64,000 nt of DNA. It comes from Takakia lepidozioides. Its lineage: Eukaryota > Plantae > Bryophyta. The notes beneath the pieces were generated by a model, which saw only the letters and a program-made list of their open reading frames with translations, did not search any database and was not told the DNA's origin. Position 1 is the first letter of the stretch. The number at the start of each line of letters is the position of its first letter. Location of the stretch: NCBI GenBank assembly GCA_030704615.1, contig CM060733.1, positions 26,102,001 through 26,166,000 of the forward strand, read 5' to 3'. Positions 47,401 through 60,875 of this stretch are shown in pieces. Both the position numbers and the translations under genes were made by a program.

Positions 47401-49787
47401 TCGAAATTTTGCTTATAATGTCTGCGGTAATAGACAATTGTAGGAAGGGCAGTGAAAGAAGAAATGTTCTTCACTTTTGATTCCCCTGTTGTTCCCAGTG
47501 CAAGCAGGGCGTAGGCAATCCTCACGTTGAGAAGAGAGAGAAAAAGTTCTTTTGCAGGGCTAGAAGAAGCCTATGAGACAATGTGGAGAGAGAAGAAAAT
47601 TAATCACATCAACCAACTGAAAGTTGCAAGTAAGACTGGAGAATCGGATTTCAACAAAATTTGCAATGAGGGAGAGTCTTACCTCCAAAGACAGTAGTAA
47701 ACAGCTAGTGTTGTCAAGTACGCAGGAAATCCATTTCTCTGCAAAGAAATTAGCAAGTCTCACTTCAGTTCTCTGTGATTCGATCCCATTAGCACTGGTC
47801 CCATTAGCTCTACCTTGAAGTGTTGTGCATGTTATGGAGTTTCTTTTGGGCTGCTTCTGGCTTCACTCTGTCTTATGTTCTCTTTCTTGTTTCTTATTTC
47901 CTTTTGTCCCATGAGCTCTTTGAGGTTTCTGTGGACGTTACAAAGTTCCATTTCATTTCTTCCTGTGGACATCTTAACCCTTCTCAACGTTGCCTACAAG
48001 ATCATAGCAAAGGCGCTAGCCCTTAGACTGCAACCTTTCCTCCCAGCTCTCATTAGACCTAACCAAACAGGATTTATCAAGGGTAGATACATCATGGACA
48101 ACCTTCTTCTTGCTCAAGAGATCCCTCACTTTGCCCTTAGAACTCAACAAACATGTCTTCTGCTCTCCTCTGGACCCCTTGTACAGTACAAAGTTTCTTT
48201 TCTCTCTTCTGGATTTGTTCCTCTCTCATGTTCTTCCATTTTGTCCCATAAGCTCTATGAGCTTTCCGCGGACGTTATAAAGCACCATTTCATTTCATTT
48301 CATTTCTCTTGAGTAAGCAATTATGTGAGTCTGTTTCTTTTGGTCCTATAGGCCATTAACTAGGCAGTTGTTTCTGTGTACATATAATTTTTCTTTTTCC
48401 CTTTATTCGTTCCATGCTCCTGTTTGACTGCTTTGGGCTTCTGTGACGTTAGGAAGTTCAATTCTTTCCCTATATTTTCAAACTTTATAAACCAGAAAAA
48501 TGGCATGATAAGATGGAAAAGACTACTGAAGTTGGAACAACCTTGAACGTAGGGCGGTTCCCAGTAGGAGAAACCGGGCCTAAGCAGCGTTCACCAGGCA
48601 GCAACATGAGCAGCAACGCCTCAAAGGCTGCAAAGGAGGCAATCAGTTTACTTGCCCGGAGGGTGGGGCGTGGCCAGACATCAATGAATGCCTTCAAACC
48701 CTTGGCATAAAAGAAGGCATAAGATTTTGCAACCGCACCATCCATGTGCACCATTGTGTACCACCTGCAGGACCATAACCAAACACCATGCCTTCCATCA
48801 CCAAATTGCACCAAACCCTGAACTAAAGAGTCTGTGTGACGGATCCCTGTTTAGTGGTATCGTCGAAATATGTTCCTCACAGTCATGGGCAAGAGAGAAA
48901 CAGAGCAGAGATAAAGAGATAGTCTCATATTCCAGGGTATATTCTGCTTGCCAGCACGAATTGAAATACTCTCAAGAGTTGCTGTATGGACCTATCATTT
49001 GTGAGCATCGAATGGAGCATGGTGTGTTATCCAAAGTCGACAGTACGCATCTATGAAAGGAGCCAGGGACTGGATGAGGGGAAGCGGCAAGGAGAAGAAA
49101 AGATAGACCAAGAGGGATATGAAGAAATCTGGCTTTCCTTGACCTTGTGGAAAGGGAGAAATGGACGGCAATTTATGGTGCACCCTGCAGGCAGGTCAAG
49201 AGCACAATTGCACCAATTCTTGCTGAGTCTGCCTGAGACCACATTTGTAACTCTTGACTACCCTAACAAGCATTGAATCCATACACTGGTAAGTTATTGT
49301 CCATAAATCTTTCTCTAATCTGTGAGGAGTAACAGTGGATGAAAGGAGACAGGGTTCGACTTGGCTAATACTAGCCTGCATAGTGACAGCTACTGGGAGC
49401 ACTTTTGCGAAATAATGTCCCTGAGGAAGTCACAGTGGATACGAGGTGCTTAGAGCTGCTCTTTATCGCCGATGATGAACGGGAAAGGAATTAGAGTGCA
49501 GGTAAAGAAGTTTCTGAGAAAACCTGAGCCCAGCCACAGAAAGAAGACTTGCTGAATTGAAGAGAACTAGAGGCGAAATAGAGGGAAACCTAATCTCAGG
49601 ACGGAAGGAAGGTAACAGGGGAAGTGCGAGGGAGAACTTGCATGAAAATGACGAAGGGCGGAGATAATGTCATCATGGCAAGCATGGCGGCATGCTTGAC
49701 TGGCTTGGAATGCGCTCCTGGCAGCCTTTGAAAATTTGATGGCTTCGATTTCCTGCTCAACGACCGACTGCGCCGCCTCCACCCCAT
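44446..49787 (-). CDS. DWF5: 7-dehydrocholesterol (sterol delta-7) reductase, DWF5-like; one small exon not located
   Basis: Exons encode LSPPFVIFM|WYTMVHMDG..GPVSPTGNRPTFK, FNPGIVYDQIGEI, GSSGNILADFFW, GMELHPRI..FDIKVFTACRFGMMSWA, KFFWWESG..MDIAHDRAGF, YDCDRQRQ, GW|WGIARHFHYAPE, DDKRCKFKY..YC..VPYKIIP. Splice phases are consistent apart from the missing exon. Confidence 0.88.
47960..48150 (+). mobile_element. LINE RT fragment in a DWF5 intron
   Basis: LTLLNVAYKIIAKALALRLQPFLPALIRPNQTGFIKGRYIMDNLLLAQE. Confidence 0.85.
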
Positions 49788-50314
49788 CTTGCTCGCCCCG
49801 AACTTCTCTGTGTTTCTGCTTGCCTATCGACTCCTGCTAAAATCCTCCGGAATTCTCCGCACGCCCCACGGAATTAAGGATTGCGCAAACCCATTGCACT
49901 CGAGCAACAACCACGACGGGTAAGTCTACACCACCACATCTCGTACCCTCCCTCCTTCTCACGCAAACACCTCGCTGTAGTCACGTAATCGTGGAACCCA
50001 GTGATGGTACCCCCACATTTTGCAAATTTCTCGTCCCCCGACCCAGTACTTGTTGCAGCGCCCGACGGAGCATGGCGACGACGGCAGCTTCATGGCTTCT
50101 CTCCCGCGCGATCTCTGTGGCTCTCCCTCGCAGAATCCTGCACAGCTGCTGCGCCTCTCTCGATCCCGCGCCTGCAGCCTCTGCAGATCGCTTTGCCAAG
50201 AGTTTCCTCCCCGACTCTTTGCGTCCCGTCACCCCGCCCCACCAACCGTCGTCTGCCCCTTCCCCGCATTCGGACTCTTTGTCAGTTGCTCCTCCCTTCC
50301 ACTCAATACTCCAA

Positions 50315-50600
50315 GGGTTCCACACAGAATCGGCAGACCCGGCCCGCTCCCTGGCGTTACAAGACGGGGCTGCATATTCTGTGCACATACTAATCCATAT
50401 GCATATACGTGCAGAATCTGCCATCCTGGCAGATTATGTTGCTGAATCGGCAGTGGGGTTTGGCAGGCCGATACTGCCACATAATTGAGCCCTAGACCTG
50501 CAGAATATGCAGCCCGGGTGGTAACGTACTGGAGAACGGTCAGGGCCGGTCCATTCTGCCACTGAGCTGCCTGGCCGTGAATTTTGGCGAGGCCGGGAGG
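50315..50600. repeat. Fold-back / MITE-like inverted repeat upstream of DWF5
   Basis: GGGCTGCATATTCTG (~50367) pairs with CAGAATATGCAGCCC (~50501), with weaker outer complementarity. No TSD established. Confidence 0.45.
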
Positions 50601-50809
50601 CCGAGATCAATCTCAGTGCTGCATTGCATGATGTGATGCTATTTTGTACATAACTTAGCTTTTGACCTGATTTGCTTATGTGTCACATTCTGATTGCATT
50701 TGAGCAGGCCTGCTACTAACCGCAGCCAGCGACCCTGCCCCTCGTACCAACGATTTGGATGTAAAATTGAAAACTGTGGATGAAAATTGCTTAAAAGACT
50801 AGGCTATGT

Positions 50810-51450
50810 ACGATATCCACCAAGACGAGCCTGGCACATGGCCAGGTTAGGGACTGGTATCCAGTATCCACCAATGTTGGTATTGGACTGAGCACCTGGT
50901 ATCAACCCTGGTATCAGAGAACAGACCAGCCTGTCCTAGATCTGAGATACCTAGTCTGATACCAGTGCACAGACGAGGTAGGTTTTGGAAAAATTGATGC
51001 AGACCAGACCAGCCTGGTATAATTCATTGTTCATACTAGCTCCGCGCGTTTGCAGCCGTCACTCCACTGGTATCAATGCTTACTGTTGTGACATTTAGGG
51101 AGATTTTGTGCACTATGGCAGCCATTTCACAGCTTAGGGTAGGTGATTTGTTGGGCGCACATTCATTTCTTTCAAGGTCTTGTTGGTGCTTCACTAGTTT
51201 ATGTCATGAACTTGAATCTGGTTTGATACCAGAGGTCATCATTGATATCAGCTGGTATTAGCTAATCACACCTGTATTGATACCATTTCATAAGTCATTT
51301 ACAATGCCTTCATTACAGATACCTGGTATGTAAGTTCAACCAATTCTCTGGTACCAATTTCCACCTAGTACTTCATTTTTGCAGCCACCCATATTCCAGG
51401 ACCAGCCTGGTATCACAAATTGGCAATACCAGACCAACACTGGTATAGAA
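50810..51450. repeat. Region dense in CTGGTAT/ATACCAG short repeats (possible non-autonomous DNA element)
   Basis: More than a dozen (CC)TGGTAT(C) / (G)ATACCAG copies in both orientations. Confidence 0.45.
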
Positions 51451-53517
51451 GATGCCTCATGCAGTACAACTCAATTGATCTAAAAATACTGTCCTCACTT
51501 ATCAAAATATATAACATAATAATAATCATAAAGTAAAACAAATGAATGGTACGTGCAAGCCCTGCCCTCTTGTTATGTGCTAGCCCTAAGACAATGCAGT
51601 TTAAGAAAAGGCACCTTTCTCAATACTGCTTATTATTTATTCAAACCTCCAGCAGTGATACCTCTCAACTTGTGGATTGCTCTCAATAATATGCAAGAGC
51701 TCTTTATTATTATTTAATTTGATTAACAGGGCATCCGCCCACTTTTTTTTTTTTTTTTTTTAAAGCTTCCCAATCACTTATGATAACCCCTAGGTGGTTA
51801 AAGCGATATGGTTCATGTATCATTCTTTTGCAAATAGGTGTAAATCCGTTTCATACTATTTCATGAAAAAGGTGTAATTGATGATCACTTTGTTACAGCT
51901 CTGCTCAGGCTATACCCTTGCCGGTGTGAAAATACCTTCAAGTTTAAGCCACTGTAAGGCTCAAGGCACTCTGAAGGCTCCAGACAAGGATGGTGGACAC
52001 CTTACATATATTGATTGTGGGCTTTAATGCATGTGGCTCTCTTGGCCAAGAGTCAAATTGATAGACTGCCCTTCAACTCTGTTCCCTGTTCTCCAAAAAC
52101 AAAAACAAAAAAGGACTGGTGTAAGTGGCTCTAGTTCGCCCCTGAAGTTTACCACATTGGATTTTTACAGGGTACCACATGGCTTCATTGAGCTTGTCAG
52201 AAATGTGGATACTTCTTCAAGAGACCACTGGAATCTCAACAACATCAGAGTCATACTTGACCAAGCTTCGCCAAATTTGTTTCCAACTTTGATTCATTGA
52301 GATGAACAACAATACAGGAGCCATGTCTTTCAGTTTTGCCTCCTTAGTACGAAGCATCTCAAAAAATGGCTTCACTTGCTTGACCACTTCTTCTCTGCTC
52401 GTCACAGGCTGGCTATCACAATCCTCAACAACCTTGATCCATTTCCATATGAGCATCTTTGAAGCAACATCGACATTGTCCAACTCCAAAACCCGGAGGC
52501 CCTTTTGCAAGATCTTTAGAAGCTTCTGTTCAGTCACAACAAGTTCAGGTTCTAGCCAACCTGAATTATCTTTGAGGTCATCCCATCTGTACATCACAAT
52601 TTTTTCGGATCCTTTTCCTTCCAAGTCTACTCGTGCTCTGATGTTATCTATCTCAAGCCACTTAGGTGGGATGGAAACTTGGCTAGTCATTGCCACTTAA
52701 AAGATTGCTGTGCTAGGCTGTCCTCACTATCTGGACAGTTGTTGATGCTCCGGAAGAGTTTTACCAGAAGCATTTTCAGAAAAAAAAACAGTACCTACAC
52801 ATAGGAAGAACTCCTTGCAGAGGACTTGGAACTTAGGCCTAGCAGAAGATAGAGTGATAAACTGCAGCCTGTGGGCAGCCCCACTGTCAAGAAAGTTATG
52901 GCTACATAACATAACTGCACTCAATACAAATGAATAGTATCACTTAGCTATATGTAGAGAGCAGCAGGGACAGACTCATCCATTCAATGGGACTGAATGT
53001 GGGAAACAGGCATGAGAATATCTCATGGCTCCATCACAAGGGAGCAAAAATGTTGGAAAGCATTTAAAAGTTGAAAGGCACAATGTTTCCACACAAATAA
53101 CTGCATCAGAGGTACATATGACAACTATTTACAACATTCCCAGTTTCACTATTCCCACCTCTTCTTCCATTCAAACAACAAAGATAGTGTTTCCCAAGAT
53201 CTCTTCACCCTATCAACTCTCTCTCAATACAGGTACAATTAGACGCCTCAATTCACCAAGGGGTAAACCTACCTGTACCTTGACAAAGTTTTTCCGTTTG
53301 AAATAGCCTCGAGGCCATCAGAGGCCACAGCAGATTGTTGCACCCTCAATACTAAAGGTGAAGCCTACAATGTACTCGATGAAACACAGGGAAATATGCT
53401 AGATTAGTATCAATAGTTTGGGAATCTGGGATAATTGGGCCAGATATTGAGACTGCAAATGTTATATCCAGAATATGTCAGCATACAAAGGCAGGGTGTC
53501 GACTAGAGGAAAGGATG

Positions 53518-55832
53518 CTAGGTTGTGAGCCCTACTGATGAAATGAGGTGTAGTGAGTAGGAGATCAAACACCCCAACAATGCCCCAGCAGCCACCTGCA
53601 GGCAGCACAGTACCACATTTCAATGCTTCCAGAGAATCAGTACTACTCTCAATACCTCAGCAAAGACTCCTAAAGAGCTCCATAGCCTCATTTCAACACA
53701 AAAAAACTGCTCTCAGACCTGAGAGGAAGACAAAAGTGCTTTCATAGTTGACCTCATGTGGAGGTGCCATGACCAGAGGCCACACAAGAGGATTCACTTG
53801 TTTTAAGACCCATATTCCTTTTATTCGTCCTGGCCACACCTCGTCCGAAAATTCACAAGGGCCAGCGCTCCGGGGGGTCGGCAACCAGAAAACCTATTCA
53901 CTGGGACACCTGCAGGGAGCATGGGTTCGCGATATAATACAAAGTCTCACCTGTGGAGGGGTATGTCCAAGAAACTCTCGAAGAGGCCGTGAATCAGAGA
54001 GCGGGTGCTCTGGTGGCAGCTCATAAACTATTTGATTCAAGACCTGTACCAGTTCATCACTTGTCAACAGACAGGGCCTGGAATTTAGCAATAAAATCAC
54101 AATTAGTGGCAAGGCTCGCTCTGGTATTGACACACATAGGGAAACACAAAAAACATACATAGAAGGCTGTAGATCACTCTGACCAGAGAACCAAAAGAGG
54201 TGGTACCAAATCCCGAAGGGAGAGAGACAGAACAAGAAAAGGGGGTGAACCTCAGCTTGTCGGCCAGCTTGCAGTCTGACACCCGACGCATCATACATCA
54301 CCTGCAATACCATCCTTGCACAATCAGCCAGCATGTAACCTTTTTCCCTCCTCCCTCCCATAGAAAGGTAAAATCCTCCCCCTCTGCATATCTCACTGCT
54401 GGTCTGTCTTGTCCCTCTTGAAAAGTGTCTTCTCAAAAGTCCATGAGCCACACACACCACACAGAGCATACCACACAGGCCAACACCAAGGCAATCGAAA
54501 AGAGGGATCCGCCTGGTCCATCGCGCAGGCCAATGGAAACAGCAAGTCCCATCACCGTGGCAGAGTGAGAGGATGGCATGCCCCCAGACCCATACAATCG
54601 CTTCACATCCCACCGCTTCTCCTTGTACCTGCTCACCTTCCCCGCCCCCAAATCCCACCCTGCCTGTCAGCACTTCAGCAATGTACCCATTTCCCTGACA
54701 TGTTATCGAAGGAGGATCATTTATCTAACCTTGCAGGATTTCTCTGATCTCAGCTGGGACATAGAACTTAGTCACCTCCTGAGACTCTAGAATGGCAAAA
54801 CTTGATGCCACCCCAGTTTGGGTTTCTGAATATTGCATGCAACAGGTGTCTTTACTTCCGGCATCCTGCGAGCTTCAATCCTTGTAGAAGATTGAATGAT
54901 GGGTCTACATCTGGAGGGTAATACAAACCCTGACAGGCTAGAAGCTTGTCAACCTTCACTAATCCCCCAAGGCATAATGAGCCCAATAAGTCGCTAAGAG
55001 CTTAGATTATGCAAAGATAGTTTGGCTTAATATTTTGACACAATCAGGAGGATGACCTAGCTTAGTGTTTTGCATTAGACTGCTTCTGTTTTTCATAGGA
55101 CAGAGGGAGGACATGTGAGATCTGAGGGAGACCAAAGTACTCATTGACCATTCAATGTGGGCTTCAGCTGCACATACCCAACTGCAATAGACCTCCCAAA
55201 GATCACTCAAGTTGGGTCATAGGGCTCAACCCAGAGTCCATTGGGCTCGAGCAAGGGAACACAATAGCAATACGGATATAGGGACTTCGATGCACGAGCT
55301 AGTATAGAGATGGCGGTAAAAAAAACTCATTTCAACACTATGAGGCCGCAGATGGGACAGTGCCAGTCTGTCTCATTACATCTAACAAGGGCTAAAGAAG
55401 CCAGAGAATAGAACAAATGGCGGAGCACCTCTTCCACTAACTGTATCGTACAGAGGTATGGCCACTTCCCCAGCCCAACCTCTTTTCTTTTCATGGACAA
55501 AAAACCATACAAGTACCAGGGAAAGTTGGAAAATTCACTGAATGGGAAACCGCCAACAGAATACCCCAGCACATCACATGAAGGAAAAACTGTGTTAGGT
55601 CACAACTCAACTGCACCTAAATCTGCGGAAGGCTGAGAGACAGACAGACTGCAACTGAGGGACGGAAGTACCAGGTGGTCAAGACTTTAAGAGACTGCGC
55701 CACAGCGAAGGAGAGAAAGGCAGCAAGAAGCGGCTGGTTGGTGAACATAGATGCCGCCCCATAGTGTGAATTGGCCAACGATGCATGCGATGCAGCGGCG
55801 TTCGCATCCCCTGCCACTGCCACTCCCTCCAT
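53518..55832 (-). CDS. DUF212 / acid phosphatase-vanadium haloperoxidase-related (PAP2-like) membrane protein, 5 exons
   Basis: NQPLLAAFLSFAVAQSLKVLTTW|YKEKRWD..GSGGMPSSHSATV|VMYDASGVRLQAGRQAE|VLNQIVYELPPEHPL..LGHTPPQ|VAAGALLG..stop, with GT-AG junctions. Confidence 0.92.
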
Positions 55833-55833
55833 G

Positions 55834-55862
<29 letters not shown>
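55834..55862. repeat. (CT)n microsatellite immediately 5' of the DUF212 start codon
   Basis: Directly visible; similar tracts at ~59745-59768 and ~60091-60113. Confidence 0.9.
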
Positions 55863-55865
<3 letters not shown>

Positions 55866-57549
55866 CACCTCCAAAACTGCGCCTCTCTACCTTGCGTCTA
55901 GTGTTTTTACTACTTATACGAAACGATCTGCCCCTCTACCGTCAACACTTGTGGGAGGAACCTATCACATGGGTTGCCAGCACAGAGTGTCACCTCCCTG
56001 CTCCAATCTTCCATTCTGCCACAATCACGTCAAAACAAAGGCTTTCCATGAAAGCCGTGTGAGAAAGAAGGGCAACAGCGACAGACATCTAGCTCCTAAG
56101 CTGCTGTCCGAGGAACAAAGGAACCCTCTGTTCACGTGTTCTCTGTTCGAGATGCCCGAGCGAGAAGAACACTCGTGGGAGAGGAGAGTGCTCACGAAAT
56201 GAAAGATGGGCCATGATTAGTCACGCAGACGAAGAATCCTGACGTCCACTCTCTTTCGTCCCCCTCCTTCGTCCACTTCTTCCGTCGTAAGTTCGCAATC
56301 GTCAGCTTCCATTTCAAATTTCAACCTTCAATGGCGTGTAGAGAATTGGAGACTGTGGGATACTTGTTGGTTCACGGGAACAGTTGACTCATGTGGCTGC
56401 CAAAATTCCTTGCTAGAGGTCTAGGGTGGTCAATCCTTTGCCTGATGGAGAAGGGGCCAAGCTCAAGTACAAAATGTGGTCAAGGTTTCGGGTACTCGGG
56501 GTTTTTTAAGTGCAAAGGTATGCAAGAAAGTGCGCAGGCATCAACCATTCTTCTAATGTTCAATGGACCACCACTCCCAAAACAACAACTACTCACTCTG
56601 CTGCATTGCTCTCAGGAAATCTCACTACAATGCATGGAGACTTCCTCTTTTGTTCTCATATAAATTTGTAGTCCCCTTATGCATCCTCATGTCCAGATTC
56701 ACTCTCTGCAAGGAGTTCTACTCTCAACCACAAGGCTCGAAATTCTGCAGAATTCAAAAAATTGCAGGGTGGTGGTATGGCCTCCAAGCTTACTGTGGCA
56801 CGTCGAGTCCCCACTCCTATCATAGGAGGCTGATATCTCAATCACTACATGACTCCACTCTGCATGGTATCAACACAAAGAAGGGAAGCAGACCCTTTTC
56901 ACCCTATCGATCATACTCCCACTCTTTCATTTATCCTACAAACTGTGGTGTTGGTTACGCAGTGTCCAGATCTGAGATGAAGTCTTGTCCACACTGACTG
57001 GTAGCATAAATCCGAGGAAAGTGGCATGTAGTCAAGTAGCAAGCCATGTGTCCATATTACTGTCTGGCTCTGTTGCTGTCAGGCACCAAGGTAAAGGTCT
57101 TGATATCACTGTATCACTGTGATTTAATGCACTTTCGCAATATAGCACAAGAACACCTCACACAGACCCCTACTGACAAACTACAAAATCTATGACAGAA
57201 AATTGTCACCTGACCCTTGAAGCCTCAACATTTGCTAGGGTCAACACTGCTATATCCCACAATCTTGACTGGCAGTACCCATAGTGGAAGAGGCTCTTAT
57301 TTACGCTGCCTTCAGTCAGCGTCATCGCTCTCTAGACTACTTCGAGCCAATTACTACTCATCAAATGGGTATTGCTCATTAAAGATGCCAATGACATGTC
57401 AGCAAGAACTATTCTACGAGGAATAAGTAAAGAGAACAACAGATGTAGAAAATAGCACAAGGCCTGCACTTCAGGAAGAGAGAGGGATAAGTCAACACAA
57501 GATGCATACTGAAGCATGCGCATGGTACAGATGGACATTGCCACTAGGT

Positions 57550-60128
57550 TTATGGCAAGGGTTTGCCGGCAGGAGCATTTCCCCACACAGAATCCCAGCC
57601 ACCAGCTGCATCAGCAGGGCCAGGAAGGGCCGCCGGGGCAGATGAGCCTGCCTGCTTGGTGCGTGACTTGCTGCGCACACCCAGCAGCCGAAGAACAAAC
57701 CGTGCCAGCTCCCCATACAGAACTCCAGCTCGGTCACACAACTGTAAGTCCACATACCATTTGTTAGCGGCTCTCTCTCTCTCTAAAACCCACCTGCTTG
57801 CCCCCCAAAACACAGTATCAATCCTTGCTGTTCCCCATTTAGAATGCTGCTTCCATTTGATTGAAGTGATCAAATGTTTAACGCTGGGGATTTTGTTGCT
57901 ATGGATGGGCACTTGGCTTTGAAGACGAGAACACTATGCCATTCCCAGTTACTAGCTTTCCACAGAAGCACCATAACCTACTTCATATTTAGGTAGGAAA
58001 ACAAGTGCCTCAAACGGGCTACGCCCCGATTCCTGGAACCTCATGGGATCATAATGGGGAAAAAAAAACTTGTGAATGGTGACAATACAAGGTCCAGGGG
58101 AGTAATTACATCCAGTCTCCCTTCATCTGATACTACTTCCAAAGGTAGAGCCATAAGCAACCCACAGTAGATAAGAAACACTGCATAAAGTGGACAGGTA
58201 AACAGTGACTGTAGCAAACATGTGAAGGACAGGAAATAGACCTGAAGAAGGGCCGTGATGAAGAAGTGGAAGGCATGTGTATTCTCATCCACCAACATGG
58301 ATAGGCGCCCAAAAAAACTCAAAAACCCATTCATCTGCGCCCCTCACAGCAGCCTTCATCTTAGTGTCTGCTTACTCCCTTGAGAAGGACTGATAAATAT
58401 ATCAAGAAGAGCCCTACAGCTAAACAGAGACTGACACCATAATCCAGTTTGGTCTACGGGGTCTCATCTTTGGGTGCTTGCCTCATTCAAACTCTATCTA
58501 TCACAGTGTAAGTCTTACTACCAACGTCAGCCCCTGACAGAGGTAGGTTCTGTCCCTTTTGTTCCCGCTCAAACTGGGCGCGGGGTCAATGGCCACAAGG
58601 CTACGGCAAACAACGTCTTATGAGTACAATCTATCTATCACAGTGCTACAAGGATACGATACTCATCAATAACCCCCTAACTATTCCTTCACTTCAAATG
58701 GCAGGAAAGCACACAGCCATAAGCAAAACCTACTGTTGGATCTCAATGTTCATTTGTCCAACACAAAATGCTAACTATAAGAGGAGCAAAGTGGAACTAA
58801 TACCGCATGGAGCATCGATTGCCAGAAGTTAGGCGGTCCAGGTGGAGGAGCAGCATTGGGATCATTGGGATCACCAGGTCCTCCATAGCCATAAGGCCCC
58901 ATGGCCCCTGGACCACCCATGCCATTGTAACCACCCATGCCATTGTAGCCACCATAACCAACACCTCCACCTCCATATCTGTTGTACATGCTACCATAGC
59001 TGCTCCCCATACCTCCTCCATAACTGTTGCCAAGACCCCCACCATAGCTACTACCAAAACCCCCACCATAACTGCTTCCATAACCTCCACCATAACTAGA
59101 CCCATAGCCCCCCTGAAGGCTGCTGTTGTATGGGCTTCCATAGCTGCTGTAGCCACCATACATGGGTCTGTTATAGTTCGTCATCGTACCAGCATATCCT
59201 GCATTTCACACACTCCATGAGTCAGCTACACACAGGACTCTACGCTGGACAGGTTAAAGAGAACGTTTCAAAAGCTGCACATGATTGCTGCTACAGTTTT
59301 CCTATAGATGCATGCCATGCACAATAAATAAGATGCAAATCCAAGTCAGATTTCCCCACAAACTTCTGGGCTTACAAGCGGCCTATAAATTAGACACCTA
59401 TCATCGCCTTTCAAAAAGTGGGAAGTGAACCTTCTTACCAGTATTGCTTCGCTCCCAGGGCCTGGCAGGCATAGGTCGTCCAGCAACATTACCCTCTGAG
59501 ATTTGGACGTTTCTTGAGTTCCCATTCTCATCTGTTCTGTTCTCTAATGGCTTGCCATTAAGATTGGCGACCCCGGCATCTGCAAGGGCAGTAGCAGTGC
59601 TACCGCTGTTGGAAGGTGGTGCGAATGGAGACGGTCCGTTGCTACCCGACTGAGTGCCAGCGCGCTCCCACGGTTTTAACGGTGGTGGACGCCCTGTTAT
59701 CATCAACACAGGATGCTGTCAGAAAGAGCTGCAGCCCCCACCCCCCTCTCTCTCCCTCTCTCTCTCTCAATCTCCAAACTCAATCCGGTGGGAGGAAAAC
59801 AGACAATGTTCTGCAAAGTTTCCTCTCCATCTTCCCAAACGCTTGCTCTAACAATCCTTTACAATTGGATCCTAGGCCCCTCTGACATAATTCTACGGAT
59901 GGCCGAGTTGGGGTTGGATCGGTCGCGTAATTTCCCCCTACAAAGCTACGTCATATATCCAATGTAAACATCAATTTAAGGCGTACACCTCAAACTGGTT
60001 GGCAGGTAAAGGTAGATACAAGCTGAAAGGGAAGGTCCTGGTCACCACCTAGAAGGAAACATTCCATCTGACTGGAAATGATGTGAGCGTCTCTCTCTCT
60101 CTCTCTCTCTCTCACCTGCAGCAGCCAT
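57550..60128 (-). CDS. PEX13: Peroxisomal membrane protein 13 (plant-type PEX13), 5 exons
   Basis: MAAAG|[21 protein letters not shown]; a Gly/Tyr-rich exon ending [11 protein letters not shown]; [31 protein letters not shown]; [27 protein letters not shown]. Confidence 0.92.
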
Positions 60129-60875
60129 TCAAACCCCAGGGGCATCCGCTAGTACGTATCCCTCAGACTGCGTGCAAACGTTGTGAGTGCCCCGGAGGCG
60201 CAACAATCCTGCTCCTGCAAACCCTAGTCCGCCCGCTCTCAGATAGATTGCCGTCCCCAGCTTCAATTTCGTCTCAAATCTCGCTATCAAAACGTCTCGG
60301 CTAACCAGCGAGAACTCTGAGAGCTGGCTATGGCCGCCCCCGCGACGAAGTAAAGACAAGGGCAGGCCTCATCACCCACCATAGCCTGCTCTCGTGCCGA
60401 ACACAGACTCCCTCCACCCTTGCCGTCTTGAACAATTGACTTTTCACTACAAGTTTTCACTGGACGTTCAACAGACTTTACTTCACTTTACTACAAGTTT
60501 TAACTGATATCATGTCAGGTGCTTTTTCGCATTTTCCCGAATAGTAAAGAATATGAGGGCCTCTGGAGTCTGTCCCCACTTAAGCAAAAAACAACCCCTG
60601 TTCTTTAAAAAAACAAAAACAAAATACAAAACAAAAATATGGCCGGCCGACGGATGAACTTTGAAAAGGAGACCTACAGAGAGGATGAAAAGAGCGTGCC
60701 ATCCGTTCTCTAATCGCGAACGGTTCCATCCATAAAATTTGTAACCAGTGATCTTTGCTTTGATTTCTTACAAAAAAAGTTGGGCACGGAGCGGCTGAGT
60801 GTCTAGTGGTAGTACTGGATTTTTTATTTCCAGCTCCAGAAGTGACATGAGAGTATGAGATCAAGTGCTAAAATA

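Noticed and set aside
49981-50488. Overlapping GC-rich ORFs upstream of DWF5
   Set aside because: Open in several frames because of high GC; no domain signal; likely promoter/UTR plus the fold-back repeat.
52217-52696. 159-aa minus-strand ORF
   Set aside because: No recognisable motif; possibly a LINE remnant, but unsupported.
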